A stretch of 64,000 nt of DNA from Planctomycetota bacterium (GTDB lineage Bacteria; Planctomycetota; UBA1135; UBA2386). Shown in pieces: positions 46,547 through 56,900 of the stretch; within the stretch, counting starts at the first letter, position 1; every line of letters starts with the position of its first letter. The notes below the pieces were generated by a model. The model did no database searches. It was given only the letters and a program-made list of their open reading frames with translations, and was not told the DNA's origin. Made by a program: the position numbers and the translations under genes. The DNA is taken from the NCBI GenBank assembly GCA_965228735.1, contig OZ245838.1, forward strand, positions 128,001 through 192,000. The letters are read 5' to 3'.

Positions 46547-47818
46547 TCAGCGACCCGGCGTTTCGGCCGGCTTCTGGTTGGCCTGCAGCTCGGCGTGCCA
46601 CGCCGCCCAGTCCGTCGCCTTGGCCGGCGGCCTGGATCCCGCGAGGTCCTTCAGCGCGCGACGGTAGGCGCGGGTGATCACCCGTTCTTCGAACACGCCG
46701 GCGACGCGCACGTCGAGCACCGCGCCGCTCTGCAGCACGTCGACCTTGGGGTCGGCGATGAACGCGGCCTGCGCGACCTCGACGTCGAAGTCGCGGATGT
46801 AGGCCTGCTGCTGCAGGATCGCGACGTGGCCGCGCGTGCCGCCCTGGGCGTTCGCGTTGACCGCGAGGCCGGCACCGGCGCTCGGGCCGGCGAGCACGAG
46901 CTGCTGGATCGCCGACGGGTGACCGAGCTCGGCCAGTGCCTCCGCGGTGCGGATGCGGACCTTCGGGATCTTGTGCACGAGGCCGCCCGCGAGGTAGTGG
47001 ACGGAGTCCTTCGTGGCCTGACCGTGCTCGCGCGCGATCCGGGCCGCCGCCTCGCGCACGTCGTCGTCACCGTCGAGGATCGCCGTGCGCAGCACGAAGC
47101 GATACTGGTTCTGCTGCTGGCCGCGGGCCTGCTCGTTCTTGGCGCGCAGGGCGAGCGCTTCGAGCGCGGCGATGCGGCGGTACGGCAGCGAGTTGCGGCG
47201 CGCTTCCTTGCGCAACGCGGCGTCGGCGCCCTGCTCCCGCGCGAGGATCTCGCGGATCGCGAGCGTGCGCGCCCGCTTGTTGTTGAGCTTGACCTGCTGG
47301 ATCAGCTTCTTGACGCGAATCGCGGTGTTGGCCGAACGCCACTGCAGCGGCAGGATCTCGGGCTCGAGGCGCGCGAGGAACTCCTGCATGCGCCGGCCGA
47401 GCGCCGCGCTGGCCTCGCCCTGTTCTTCGAGCTTGTGCTGTTTCTTGACCGCCGTCTCGAGGAAGCGCCACATCTCGGGCGACAGGCCGTAGTCGTAGGC
47501 GTCGATCGCGAGCTGCAGGTAGGCGAACGGCGTGTTGCCGGCGTTCTGCTTCGTGGTCTCGAGCCGCTGGCGCAGCTCCGCATCGGTCGTGTGGTTCGCG
47601 ACCTTGGCCGCGGGCACGACGACGAGGCCGTCGCGCGTGTGCACTTCGAAGACCTTCTCGTCCTCCTTGTGCACCACCTTGCCGACGAGCACCCGCCCGT
47701 CGTCGAGGCGGAGTTCGTCCGCGGCTACGGGCCCCGCGACGGTGAGCGTCAGCGCGCCGAGGACGGCGGCGCGCAGGGTCGGGCGCAGAACGGTCGTGAT
47801 CCGGATGTTCATCGTCAT
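46547..47818 (-). CDS. Exported HEAT-repeat protein
   Basis: Signal peptide then DELRLDDGRVLVG; HEAT-like DDDVREAAA, VRIRTAEALAELG. Confidence 0.7.
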   Translation of the reverse strand: MTMNIRITTVLRPTLRAAVLGALTLTVAGPVAADELRLDDGRVLVGKVVHKEDEKVFEVHTRDGLVVVPAAKVANHTTDAELRQRLETTKQNAGNTPFAYLQLAIDAYDYGLSPEMWRFLETAVKKQHKLEEQGEASAALGRRMQEFLARLEPEILPLQWRSANTAIRVKKLIQQVKLNNKRARTLAIREILAREQGADAALRKEARRNSLPYRRIAALEALALRAKNEQARGQQQNQYRFVLRTAILDGDDDVREAAARIAREHGQATKDSVHYLAGGLVHKIPKVRIRTAEALAELGHPSAIQQLVLAGPSAGAGLAVNANAQGGTRGHVAILQQQAYIRDFDVEVAQAAFIADPKVDVLQSGAVLDVRVAGVFEERVITRAYRRALKDLAGSRPPAKATDWAAWHAELQANQKPAETPGR

Positions 47819-47907
47819 CTGCCTGTAGGGTCTCTGCCTGGGAACGGTAGCTGTGGGCTGCTCGGATCCGGGTGCCGGAGGGGACGGCTCCCTGGTAGCA
47901 TGAGACC

Positions 47908-48843
47908 ATGTTCAGCACGAACCGTGCCATGGGCGCCCAGGCGATCTGCCTCACCGTTCTGCTGCTGTCGTCCGCCGCCCCGGGGCAGGGCGAAGCCGAT
48001 CAGAAGTCGCCACAAGACGTTGCCATCGAACGGATTGTGTCCCAAGTGCGGGCGGCCGAAGCAGCCCTGAACAGCGTCCAGATGGAGCTGTCGACGGTCG
48101 CAGTCTACCCCGCGGACCTGACGATGCGCACCGCGGGGACGCTCAGTGTCCTGCGAGGAGAACAGCCCCGGCTGCGGGCGACCGTCGAGATGCGCTACAG
48201 CAACGGGCTCGTCGGGCTCATGGATTCGGCGCAGACCGCCGGCGGCGTGGTGCTCTACAAGTCGGATCCCGCGCTCGGTGACGTCTACGTCCAGGTGCCG
48301 CCGGCGATCGTCGAGGACCTCCGGTGGGCGGGCACGGTGCTCGATCGCGCGGACCTGCCCGGCATGCGCGACGCGCGCGCCGAGGCGCCGCTCGGCAGCG
48401 CGATGCTCGACGGGCTGCGGCGCGAGTTCGAGCTCGCGATCGGCAAGCGCACGACGCGCGGCGACGACGAGGGCGTTTGGCTCGAAGGAGCGCGCCGGCC
48501 CGGTCTCGGCGACCTGCCCGACGGTCTGCCGCTCGCCGATCGCGTCGAGGCCTTCGTCCGCACGCGCGATCACGCGGTGCTCGAAGTGCGCGAGCTGCGC
48601 GGCGAGGACGTGATCCTCGGCATCGAGGTGAAGTCGCTCGTCGTCGACGGTGAGATCGCGCCCAAGGTATTCGAGGTCGACGGCCGCGGCGAGGCGCTGC
48701 GCGACGTCGAGGACTACCTGCCGCTGTGGACGCAGATCCAGGACGTGATCCGGCGCGCCGAGGCCAAGCTCACGCCCGACGAACAGCCCGAGAACGTGCC
48801 GCCGCCGCAGGAAGCCGTGCGCCCCAGCCGCCGGGTGAAGTAG
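47908..48843 (+). CDS. Exported protein, possibly LolA-like fold
   Basis: Signal peptide; beta-rich body ending DGEIAPKVFE, resembling LolA-fold C-termini. Confidence 0.55.
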   Translation: MFSTNRAMGAQAICLTVLLLSSAAPGQGEADQKSPQDVAIERIVSQVRAAEAALNSVQMELSTVAVYPADLTMRTAGTLSVLRGEQPRLRATVEMRYSNGLVGLMDSAQTAGGVVLYKSDPALGDVYVQVPPAIVEDLRWAGTVLDRADLPGMRDARAEAPLGSAMLDGLRREFELAIGKRTTRGDDEGVWLEGARRPGLGDLPDGLPLADRVEAFVRTRDHAVLEVRELRGEDVILGIEVKSLVVDGEIAPKVFEVDGRGEALRDVEDYLPLWTQIQDVIRRAEAKLTPDEQPENVPPPQEAVRPSRRVK

Positions 48844-48891
48844 CGGCGGGTGAAGTAGCGGCGGGTGAAGTAGCGGCGGGTGAAGTAGCGG
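48832..48891. repeat. 15-bp tandem repeat CGGGTGAAGTAGCGG x4 containing the upstream stop codon
   Basis: Perfect copies at 48832, 48847, 48862 and 48877. Confidence 0.95.
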
Positions 48892-48918
48892 CGCTCGAGC
48901 GGCGGCTCGTCGCGCCCG

Positions 48919-50508
48919 CTAGCCGCCGAGGTCTTCCTCGGCCGGCGGGTGGTCGAACAGCTCGAGGCCCTTGTAGCGCGACTTCGCGTAGTCGATCTCG
49001 AAGTCCGAGCTGAACAGCGCGACGAAGCGGCCGGCTTCGTCCTTCACGACCATCGGCAGGATCTCGAGCACCTCGTCGGTGACGTTCGCGACCCAGCGGG
49101 CCCGGGTCCACGGCTTGCGATCGAGGCGCAGGCTCACATTGTATTCCGCTTCGAGCCGGGCCTCGAAGACCTGCAGCTGCAGCTCGCCGACCGCGCCGAG
49201 GATCGGCTCGCGGGCGCCGATGCGCGGCCAGAAGACCTGCACGACGCCTTCCTCGCCGAGCTGCGCAAGGCCCTTGCCGAAGCCCTTGCTCATCGACGGC
49301 TCGCGCGGTGCGACCTGGGCGAAGATCTCGGGCGCGAACCGCGGGAAGTTGCGGACCTCGAACGTCGGCCCCGAGCTCAGCACGTCGCCGACGCGGAACA
49401 TGCCGGGGTTGATGAGACCGATCACGTCGCCGGGCCACGCATCGTCGATCGACACGCGCTCTTGGCCGAAGAAGCGGTGCGGGTGCGACAGCCGAACGTC
49501 GCGACCGAGGCGCAGGTGCTTGGCCGCCATGCCGCGCTCGAAGTGACCCGACGTCACGCGCAGGAACGCGATGCGGTCGCGGTGCGCCTTGTCCATGTTG
49601 GCTGCGACCTTGTAGACGAAGCCGGAGAAGAACTTGCTGTTCGGCGCGATCTCGCCGTCGATCGTCGGCAACGGTGCCGGGCCCGGCGCGATCTCGAGGA
49701 AGCGCTGCAGGATGTTCTCGACGCCGAAGTTGACGAGCGCGCTGCAGAAGAACATCGGCGAGATCTCCTGCTTCAGGAACTTGTCGAGGTCGAACGGTTC
49801 GACGCACTCCTCGACCATCATCAGGTCCTCGAGCAGCTGGCCGTGCTGGCGCTCGCCGATCAGTTCCTTCAGCTGCGGGTCCTCGGGGCCCGTCGTCTGC
49901 ACCGCGGCCTTCGTCGCGTTGTGCGCGGTCTTCTCGAACAGGAAGATCTCGCGGTCGCGCAGCGAATAGACGCCGCGGAAGTCCTCGCCGCTGCCGATGG
50001 GCCAGGTCGCCGGCACGATCGTGATGCCGAGCGTCTTCTCGACCTCGTCCATGAGATCGAGCGGCGCGCGCGACGGCCGGTCCATCTTGTTCACGACGGT
50101 GACGATCGGGATGCCGCGATCGCGGCAGACCTTGAACAGCTTGATCGTCTGCGGCTCGACGCCCTTGGCGCCGTCGATGAGCATGAGCGCTGCGTCGGCC
50201 GCGACGAGCGTGCGGTAAGTGTCCTCGCTGAAGTCCTGGTGACCCGGCGTGTCGAGCAGGTTGACGCAGTGCCCGTCGTATTCGAACTGCAGCGCCGAGC
50301 TGCTGATCGAGATGCCGCGCTTCTTCTCGAGCTCCATCCAGTCGGACGTCGCCGCGTTGCCGCCCTTCTTGGCCTTGACCGATCCTGCTTCACGGATCGC
50401 GCCGCCGTACAGCAGCAGCTTCTCCGTCAGGGTGGTCTTGCCCGCGTCCGGGTGCGAGATGATCGCAAACGTGCGGCGGCGCTGGATCTCGTGGTCGAGG
50501 TCGGGCAT
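48919..50508 (-). CDS. prfC: Peptide chain release factor 3
   Basis: RRTFAIISHPDAGKTTLTEKLL, DTPGHQDFSEDTYR, HRDRIAF, GAVGELQ. Confidence 0.97.
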   Translation of the reverse strand: MPDLDHEIQRRRTFAIISHPDAGKTTLTEKLLLYGGAIREAGSVKAKKGGNAATSDWMELEKKRGISISSSALQFEYDGHCVNLLDTPGHQDFSEDTYRTLVAADAALMLIDGAKGVEPQTIKLFKVCRDRGIPIVTVVNKMDRPSRAPLDLMDEVEKTLGITIVPATWPIGSGEDFRGVYSLRDREIFLFEKTAHNATKAAVQTTGPEDPQLKELIGERQHGQLLEDLMMVEECVEPFDLDKFLKQEISPMFFCSALVNFGVENILQRFLEIAPGPAPLPTIDGEIAPNSKFFSGFVYKVAANMDKAHRDRIAFLRVTSGHFERGMAAKHLRLGRDVRLSHPHRFFGQERVSIDDAWPGDVIGLINPGMFRVGDVLSSGPTFEVRNFPRFAPEIFAQVAPREPSMSKGFGKGLAQLGEEGVVQVFWPRIGAREPILGAVGELQLQVFEARLEAEYNVSLRLDRKPWTRARWVANVTDEVLEILPMVVKDEAGRFVALFSSDFEIDYAKSRYKGLELFDHPPAEEDLGG

Positions 50509-50609
50509 TCGGGGCGAGCACGATAGCGATCCCGCGCGGTGGATTCACCTATTGGTGCCGACGTTGCGTCGGCGCCAACCGTGCCGACTCGAACGGGGTG
50601 CGTGCCCAG

Positions 50610-51659
50610 TCAATGACCCGTCGGAGCCGCGGGGAACGGCAGTCGATCGAGCGGTGTCCGGCTCACGAACGGCACACAATCGAACGAGCGCGCCGCGGCG
50701 GTCGCGCGTTCGGCGTTGGTGGACTCGAGGCAGTAGTCGAGCGTGAACACCGGCATGCCGCGGCCGCGCATCGCCTGCAGGCGCCGACCGAGGGTCCTGG
50801 TCGACCAGTCGCCGCTCGCCGGGGCGGGCACGTCGCCAGCACCCGGGTCGTGCCACGGGACGTTGGCGGTGCCCCGGAACGACAGGTCTTCCTGCGCGAG
50901 TGCGTCGATCGTCGTGAGCAGCTCGGGCCGGCGTTCGGCGAGGGGCAGACCGTTCTGGGCGACGACCAGAAACAGTGGGTAACGCTCGCGCGCGTAGGAC
51001 CGGAGGTCGCGCAGCAGGCGGACCATCTCGACGGCCGGGTCGACGCCATCGCGCCGGGCGGCCGCTTCGACGTGCGGGTCGAGGAAGCCGAGGACCCAGT
51101 CGCAGTAGATGCCGTCGAAGCCATCCGTGAGGATCTGATCGAGCGGGGCGCCCGCGTGGCCGAACAGGCATGCGCGCCACTCGGGCCGCCAGTACGCGAC
51201 CGGGTAGTTGCCCTGCCAGCCGTCGGGGTCGGTCGCGAGCAGGAAAGCGGGGTCACCGGGTCGCATGCCTTGCGCACTGCCGTCGGTCGCTCGGCCGTCG
51301 GTCGCCGCGGGCGGCTGCCAGTCGGGTTGCCAGTAGCCGCGATAGTCCTCGGCCTGACCGACATTGAGATACGCGAGCACGCGCTTCTGCGGCAGCGTCG
51401 CGCCAGGGCTCTGCTGCGCGCGCTGCACGAGGTCCCGCATCGGGAAGTCGCCTGCCCCGCGTTGTGACCGCATCGGTTCGATGACGAGCATGTCGACTTC
51501 GCGGTGCGCGAACGTCGCGGGAGACGACACCGCGTCGATGCCCTGCAGCTGGATTGCCCAGTTCGACACCACCCCGAGTACGGGAACGTCCAACTCGGGA
51601 ATCTCCCGTACCTGTTCGGGAATCGTACACGCGGCAGCGAGCAATCCGCACCCGAGCAC
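50610..51659 (-). CDS. PelA-hydrolase-like endo-alpha-1,4-galactosaminidase (GH114/GH166, TM1410-like), probable lipoprotein
   Basis: LLAAAC lipobox; WAIQLQ, VLAYLNVGQAEDYRGYW, WQGNY, GFDGIYCDWV, AQNG, AQEDL, VFTLDY; start uncertain (could extend to 51779). Confidence 0.82.
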   Translation of the reverse strand: MLGCGLLAAACTIPEQVREIPELDVPVLGVVSNWAIQLQGIDAVSSPATFAHREVDMLVIEPMRSQRGAGDFPMRDLVQRAQQSPGATLPQKRVLAYLNVGQAEDYRGYWQPDWQPPAATDGRATDGSAQGMRPGDPAFLLATDPDGWQGNYPVAYWRPEWRACLFGHAGAPLDQILTDGFDGIYCDWVLGFLDPHVEAAARRDGVDPAVEMVRLLRDLRSYARERYPLFLVVAQNGLPLAERRPELLTTIDALAQEDLSFRGTANVPWHDPGAGDVPAPASGDWSTRTLGRRLQAMRGRGMPVFTLDYCLESTNAERATAAARSFDCVPFVSRTPLDRLPFPAAPTGH

Positions 51660-51758
51660 GGATCTGAGACGTCTCGATCTGGCGACGTATCGCCCGTCAA
51701 GCCAGCACGTTCGCGCAGTCGATGAGGCCGCGGGGTCCGCCCCGGCAAAGGTCGTTCG

Positions 51759-53951
51759 GTGAAGTTCGCGTTGAGGCATCCTGGTGTTGTCCTGCTGGTC
51801 GCCGTGTGCGCTATCGGCAAGGTGGACGCTTCTGCCCAAGCCCCGGCCCTAGGGGATCTCCCGCGCCCGGCGCGACCGTCGCCCGAGCCGTTCGCGCGCG
51901 ACGTCGTGATGCTCGTCGGCCGCGCGGTCGAGGACCTCGAGAGCCCGACGCACGACGCGCCGCGCGAGCTGCTGCAGATGCCGCTCAACTACCTCGGGAT
52001 GCGGCTCGTTCGCATCGGTGTCGAGGGTCGCGAGGAGCCACCGGCGGAGCTCGACCCGCAGCAGGTGCGCGCCGTCGGGACGTGGTTCGAGAGCGGGCAG
52101 GAGCTGCCGGCGTGGGTGTGGCCGTGGCTCGAGCGGCAGGCGGCGCGGATGCGGGTGCTGCATTTCGGCAGCCTGCAGCCGCTCGCCGGCGGCGAACGGC
52201 TGCGGCGGCACCTCGACCGCTGCGGGCTCGGCTACGACGCCGCGACGGTCAGCGATCCGTTGCGCATCGTCGTGGAGTATCCCGGCGGGCGAACGAACGT
52301 CGTGCCGTTCGAGTCCGAGCCGGTCTACGAACGGCAGCACCTCGGGCCGTGGCCGCTCGTCGCCGACGGCAACGTCGAAATGTGGCTGCTGACTCGGGAC
52401 CGCACCCGGCCGCGGGCCGTGCGGACCCCGGTCGTGTCGGGGGCCTGGGGTGGCATCGCGCTGCAACCGTGGTTCGCGCGCGGCGGCACGGGCGTCGGCG
52501 ATCGGCGGTTCTACGTCGACCCGTTCGTGTTCCTGCGCCGCGCGCTCGGCCTCGATGTCGCGCTCGCGCCGGCGCCCGACCCGAGCGTCCGGTTCGGTCG
52601 CCGACTGTTCGTGCTGCACGTCGACGGTGACGGCTTCGAGAGCGTGTCTGCGGTGCCGGGCGACGGCCCTCGCCGGCTCAACGCCGAGGTGTTCCGCGAC
52701 CGCATCATCGATCGGTTCCAGGTGCCGATGACGGTGTCGGTCATCGTCGCGAGCGTCACGGACCACTTCGAGCCGGCCGAACCGACCGCGCGTATGGAGC
52801 TGGCGCGCGAGCTGTTCGCCCGCGAGTGGGTCGAGGCGGCGAGTCACTCCGTGCTGCACCCGCTCGACTGGCGCCGGCGCATCACGCCGCGGAGTCTGCC
52901 GCGGTCCGTCGTCTGGTTCGACGAGCTGCCGGGCTTCGAGCACGACATGGTCGCGGAGGTGCGCGACTCCATCGCGTTCATCGATCGCTGGCTGCTGCCG
53001 GCCGGCAAGCGCTGTCAGGTGATGCTGTGGTCGGGCGACGCGAACCCGACCCGCGCAGCGCTCGCCGCCGCTCGCTCGGCGGGATGCCGCAACCTCAACG
53101 GCGACCTCTTCCGGTTCGATCGATGCTTCGACTCGGTCGGCTACGTGTCGCCGTGGGGCCACGCGCTCGGTGACGAGTTCCAGGTCTTCGCCGGCGCGCC
53201 GAACGAGAACGTCTACGACGGTTTCTATACGACGATGCCCGGCGCGTTCGCGCACGTCGACGAGACGTTGCGCAACACGGCGCAGGGGGGGCGCATCCTC
53301 AAGCCGGCGAACGTCTACGTGCACTTCTACTCGGCCGAGCATCCGGCCAGGCTCGCAGCGCTGGAGCGATTGCTCGAGACGTGGATCGAACGCGAGCCGA
53401 CGTTCCCGGCGCCGGCGAGCGTGTACGCCGGGGCTGTCGAGGACTGTCACCGGTCTTGCGCGATCGAGCGCATCCCGAACGGGGTGCGGGTCGCGGGCTT
53501 CGAGACGTGTCGCACGTTGCGGTTCGATCGCCGCATGCCACCGCTCGACTGGGCGCGCTGCCGGGGTGTGGTCGGCGTGCGGGAGTTCGCGGGGCGGACG
53601 TGGGTCCACCTCGGCGCCGCCACGGCGGCGGTCTGCTTCCTGCCGTCGGGCGCACTGGCGAGTGACTGGCCGCACGTCGAGTCCAGCAGCTGCGAACTCG
53701 ACGAGGTCGCACTGACCGCCCGCACGGCCGCGTTCACGGTCGCGCGTCGCTTCGTCGAGGCCGAGGTCGTCGTGGCGGGCTGGCCTTCGCGGGCGGGGGT
53801 GACCGTGCGCGTGGGCGAAAGCGGGCGTGGCGAGCACCGGCAGGCCGACGCCGATGGGCGGCTGACGCTGCCCGTGCCGGCGGGCGCGACCGTGCGCTGT
53901 CGCTGCGAGCTCGCTCCTGCCGCGCCGGGACCGGGAGGGCAGAACGGGTGA
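51759..53951 (+). CDS. pelA: PelA-like protein lacking the hydrolase domain (M domain + carbohydrate esterase + beta tail)
   Basis: PLNYLG, VDPFVFL, PAPD, LHVDGDGFES, ASHSVLHP, LWSGD, NENVY, YVHFYS match the PelA deacetylase motifs. Confidence 0.82.
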   Translation: MKFALRHPGVVLLVAVCAIGKVDASAQAPALGDLPRPARPSPEPFARDVVMLVGRAVEDLESPTHDAPRELLQMPLNYLGMRLVRIGVEGREEPPAELDPQQVRAVGTWFESGQELPAWVWPWLERQAARMRVLHFGSLQPLAGGERLRRHLDRCGLGYDAATVSDPLRIVVEYPGGRTNVVPFESEPVYERQHLGPWPLVADGNVEMWLLTRDRTRPRAVRTPVVSGAWGGIALQPWFARGGTGVGDRRFYVDPFVFLRRALGLDVALAPAPDPSVRFGRRLFVLHVDGDGFESVSAVPGDGPRRLNAEVFRDRIIDRFQVPMTVSVIVASVTDHFEPAEPTARMELARELFAREWVEAASHSVLHPLDWRRRITPRSLPRSVVWFDELPGFEHDMVAEVRDSIAFIDRWLLPAGKRCQVMLWSGDANPTRAALAAARSAGCRNLNGDLFRFDRCFDSVGYVSPWGHALGDEFQVFAGAPNENVYDGFYTTMPGAFAHVDETLRNTAQGGRILKPANVYVHFYSAEHPARLAALERLLETWIEREPTFPAPASVYAGAVEDCHRSCAIERIPNGVRVAGFETCRTLRFDRRMPPLDWARCRGVVGVREFAGRTWVHLGAATAAVCFLPSGALASDWPHVESSSCELDEVALTARTAAFTVARRFVEAEVVVAGWPSRAGVTVRVGESGRGEHRQADADGRLTLPVPAGATVRCRCELAPAAPGPGGQNG

Positions 53952-56900
53952 GCGTTCGCGGACCAAGGCTCGCCGTCTTCGTGGCGGCGGTCAGCGCCGG
54001 GCTCGTCTCGGTCATGGGGCTCGCCGCAGTCGGAGCGGACGAGGGCTTCACCGTCGAGCCGACGACGGGTCGCGTGCAGGTCGAACCGTGGCGGCGCGCC
54101 GTCGAGCTGCGCGACGTGTCCGATCTCGGCGCGCTGCGGGCCGAGGTGCAGCAGTTCGCGAGCGAGTTCGGTACCGCGTCCGCGACGACGATCGCGCGTC
54201 TCGGTCAGATGGTCGAACGCGAGCTCGGTGCGCCGCGGTTCCGGGACGACGTCGGTTCGGACCCGACGCGGCTCGCTCCCGTCGAGGCGTTCTTCGGCCC
54301 GACCGCGGGGCCGACGAGCCCGGGGCTCGACGCCCGCGCGGCGTTCTGGGCTGCCGAACTGCGGCGCGGATCGACCGTCGACGCCGAACGGCTCGTGACG
54401 TTGGCCGACGAGTTCGAGGCTGCGGGGCGACCGGTCGCCGCGGTGCGGTGGCTGCAGCGCGCGACGACCCGGGCGCCGGCGCACCGCGACGCGGCGATGG
54501 CCCTGGCAAGGCTGCACATCGCGCACGGCGATCTCGAGGGCGCGCTGCACGTCGTCGATCGGCATGTCGGGGATCGAGCGAACGATCTCGAGTGGCAGCG
54601 CACGCGGGCCCGTCTCGGCGCCTGGCTCGGCCGGGCCGCGCTCGAAGCGGACGCACTCGAGCACGTGGTGGCGCTCGCGCCCGAGCCGGCAGGTCGGGCA
54701 CGGTTGATCGAGCTCTATGCCCATCTCGGCACGCCCGAGCGCGGCCTGCCCCACGCGGTGGCCATCGCCGACGGCGCGGATGCGGCGGCGACGTCCGAGG
54801 CCGCGGCGCGCGCGGCGTTGCAAGCCGGATTCGTGGCGGAAGGGCTCGGGATGCTCGAACGCGCGGCGGCACGGTCGCCGGCGCGCGGCACGTGGCTGCG
54901 GCGCTTTGCTGTGTTCGCCGGGCAGGATCTGCGGCTCGACGCCGCCGGTGACGCGCTCGCGGCAGCGGCGCAGGCGACGCCCGGCTCGGCGGAGATCGCG
55001 GCGGCGTTGGTCGAGCACTACCGCCGAACCGACCAGCCCCGGCGCCTCGTCGAGGTGCTCGAGCGGGAGCTCTTGCGCCGACCCGGTGACCCGCGACTCT
55101 GGCACGAGGTCATCACGCTGCGCGCGGCGCTCGGCGACCACGACGCCGCGACGGCGCTCGGTCGCGAGCGCGACATCGCGTTGGCCGATCCGGAAGCCTT
55201 CCTCGCCGCGGTTCCGGCGGAGCGCCGCGCTGCTGCGGGGGCCGTGCGCGCCGAAGCCCTGCAGCTGGCGCTCGCCGGCCCGACGGACGGCGCGATCGTC
55301 GGCGCGACGCTGGATCGCCTGCGCGGGTTCTTCGCGCAGCGCGAGTTCCGGGAGCTCGCGGAACTGCTGCTCGCCCGTCATCCCGAGGATCCGCGCGCCA
55401 AGCCGATGCGGCGTGAGCTCGTCGACTACGGCCGCACGCCGCGCGCAGCGCTCACTGCCGCGGCCGCGCTGTCGGCGACCTACCCGGACGACCTCGAGCT
55501 CGCGGAGCTGTGGCTCGAACGTGCCCAGTGGGCCAATGACGTGCCGGGCCAGATCGCGGCGCGGATGCGCGTTCGGGAACTCGCGCCGACCGACTTCGAC
55601 AACCGCTACGCGCTCGCGGACCTGCTCGAGTACGGCGACGAGCCCGACCGGGCGCTCACGGAGTGGTGCGCGCTCGTCGAGGAGTGCGGTCTCGGATCAC
55701 CGGCGGCGCCGCGCGTCGTCGACGCCTTGTTCCAGACGGGGCGCGAGGCGGAGGCGCTCGAGTGGTTGCGTCGGCTCGCCGAACGGCCGGACGCGACGAT
55801 CGACGATCGACTGCGCGCCGCGGATCAGCTGTTCTGGCGGCGGAGCTACGACCGCGCGCAGGCGCTCTACGCGGCCGTTCTGCGGCACTCCCCCGAACAC
55901 CCGGCCGCGTTGCTGCGGCTCGGTCAGATCGCGATCTGGACGAACGACCCGCGCCGTGCCCGGGCGTTCCTGCAACGGCGTCTCGCGGCGACCGCGGACG
56001 ATGCGGGGCTCGTCCGGTTCTACCTCGGGGAGGCGTGCTGGACGCTCGGCGAGGCGGGGGCGGCCCGAGCGCTGCACCGGGCGGCGCTCGCCGAGTTCGA
56101 GGCGTTGGCCGAGCCCGACATCGTGACGCGCGGCTGCATCGCGACGATGCTCGCCCGCCTCGGTGATCTGGCGGGGGCGACGGCGGCCTATCGCGATCTC
56201 GTTGCGCGCAGTCCGCGGGACGCCGACCTCGTCCTCGACTACGCCGACCTCGCGCTCCGGAGCGGTGACCTCGGGCTCGCGGGCGCGCTCGGGGAGCAGG
56301 CGGCGGCCCTCGAGCCGGGCCATCCGCGGCTCATGCGCCTGCTCGGCACGATCGCGGCAGAGCGCGGCGATCTCCTGGCGGCGGACCGCTACTACGACGA
56401 AGTGCTCGCACGGGAAGGGCCGGACGCCGCGCTGCTCGGCGAGCAGACCGAGATGCGTTCGGCCCGCGGCGAGTGGCGCCGCGCGCTCGAGTCGGCGACG
56501 GCCTGGCGCCGCGTGCAGCCCGACAGCGTCGCCGCCGTGCGAACCGAGACCGAGCTGCGCGAGCGGCTCGCGGACGTCGCGATCGGCGAGGTCGAGCACC
56601 GCCGGCTCGGCGACGACCGCGGCACGACCGTCGCGTTCGGTGGCCGCATCGCTCTCGCGGAGCGCGAGTGGTTGCAGGGGCGGGTCGGCTACGTCGAGCG
56701 GCGCGGCGTGACGAGCCTCGGCAGCGGTCGCGCCGAGTCCGAGTATGCGCGCCTCGAACTGGGTTGGGGCCGGCGCTTCGCGAACGACGATCGCTTCGTC
56801 GTCGGGCTCACGGCGTCCCCGGGGGTCGAGGGCGACGTGCCGATCGGATTGTTCGCGGCGCTCGACCTGCGGTTCGACGGGCCGCTCGAATTGCTGCGCG

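Noticed and set aside
48832..48891. Possible CRISPR array
   Set aside because: Pure tandem repeat with no spacers.
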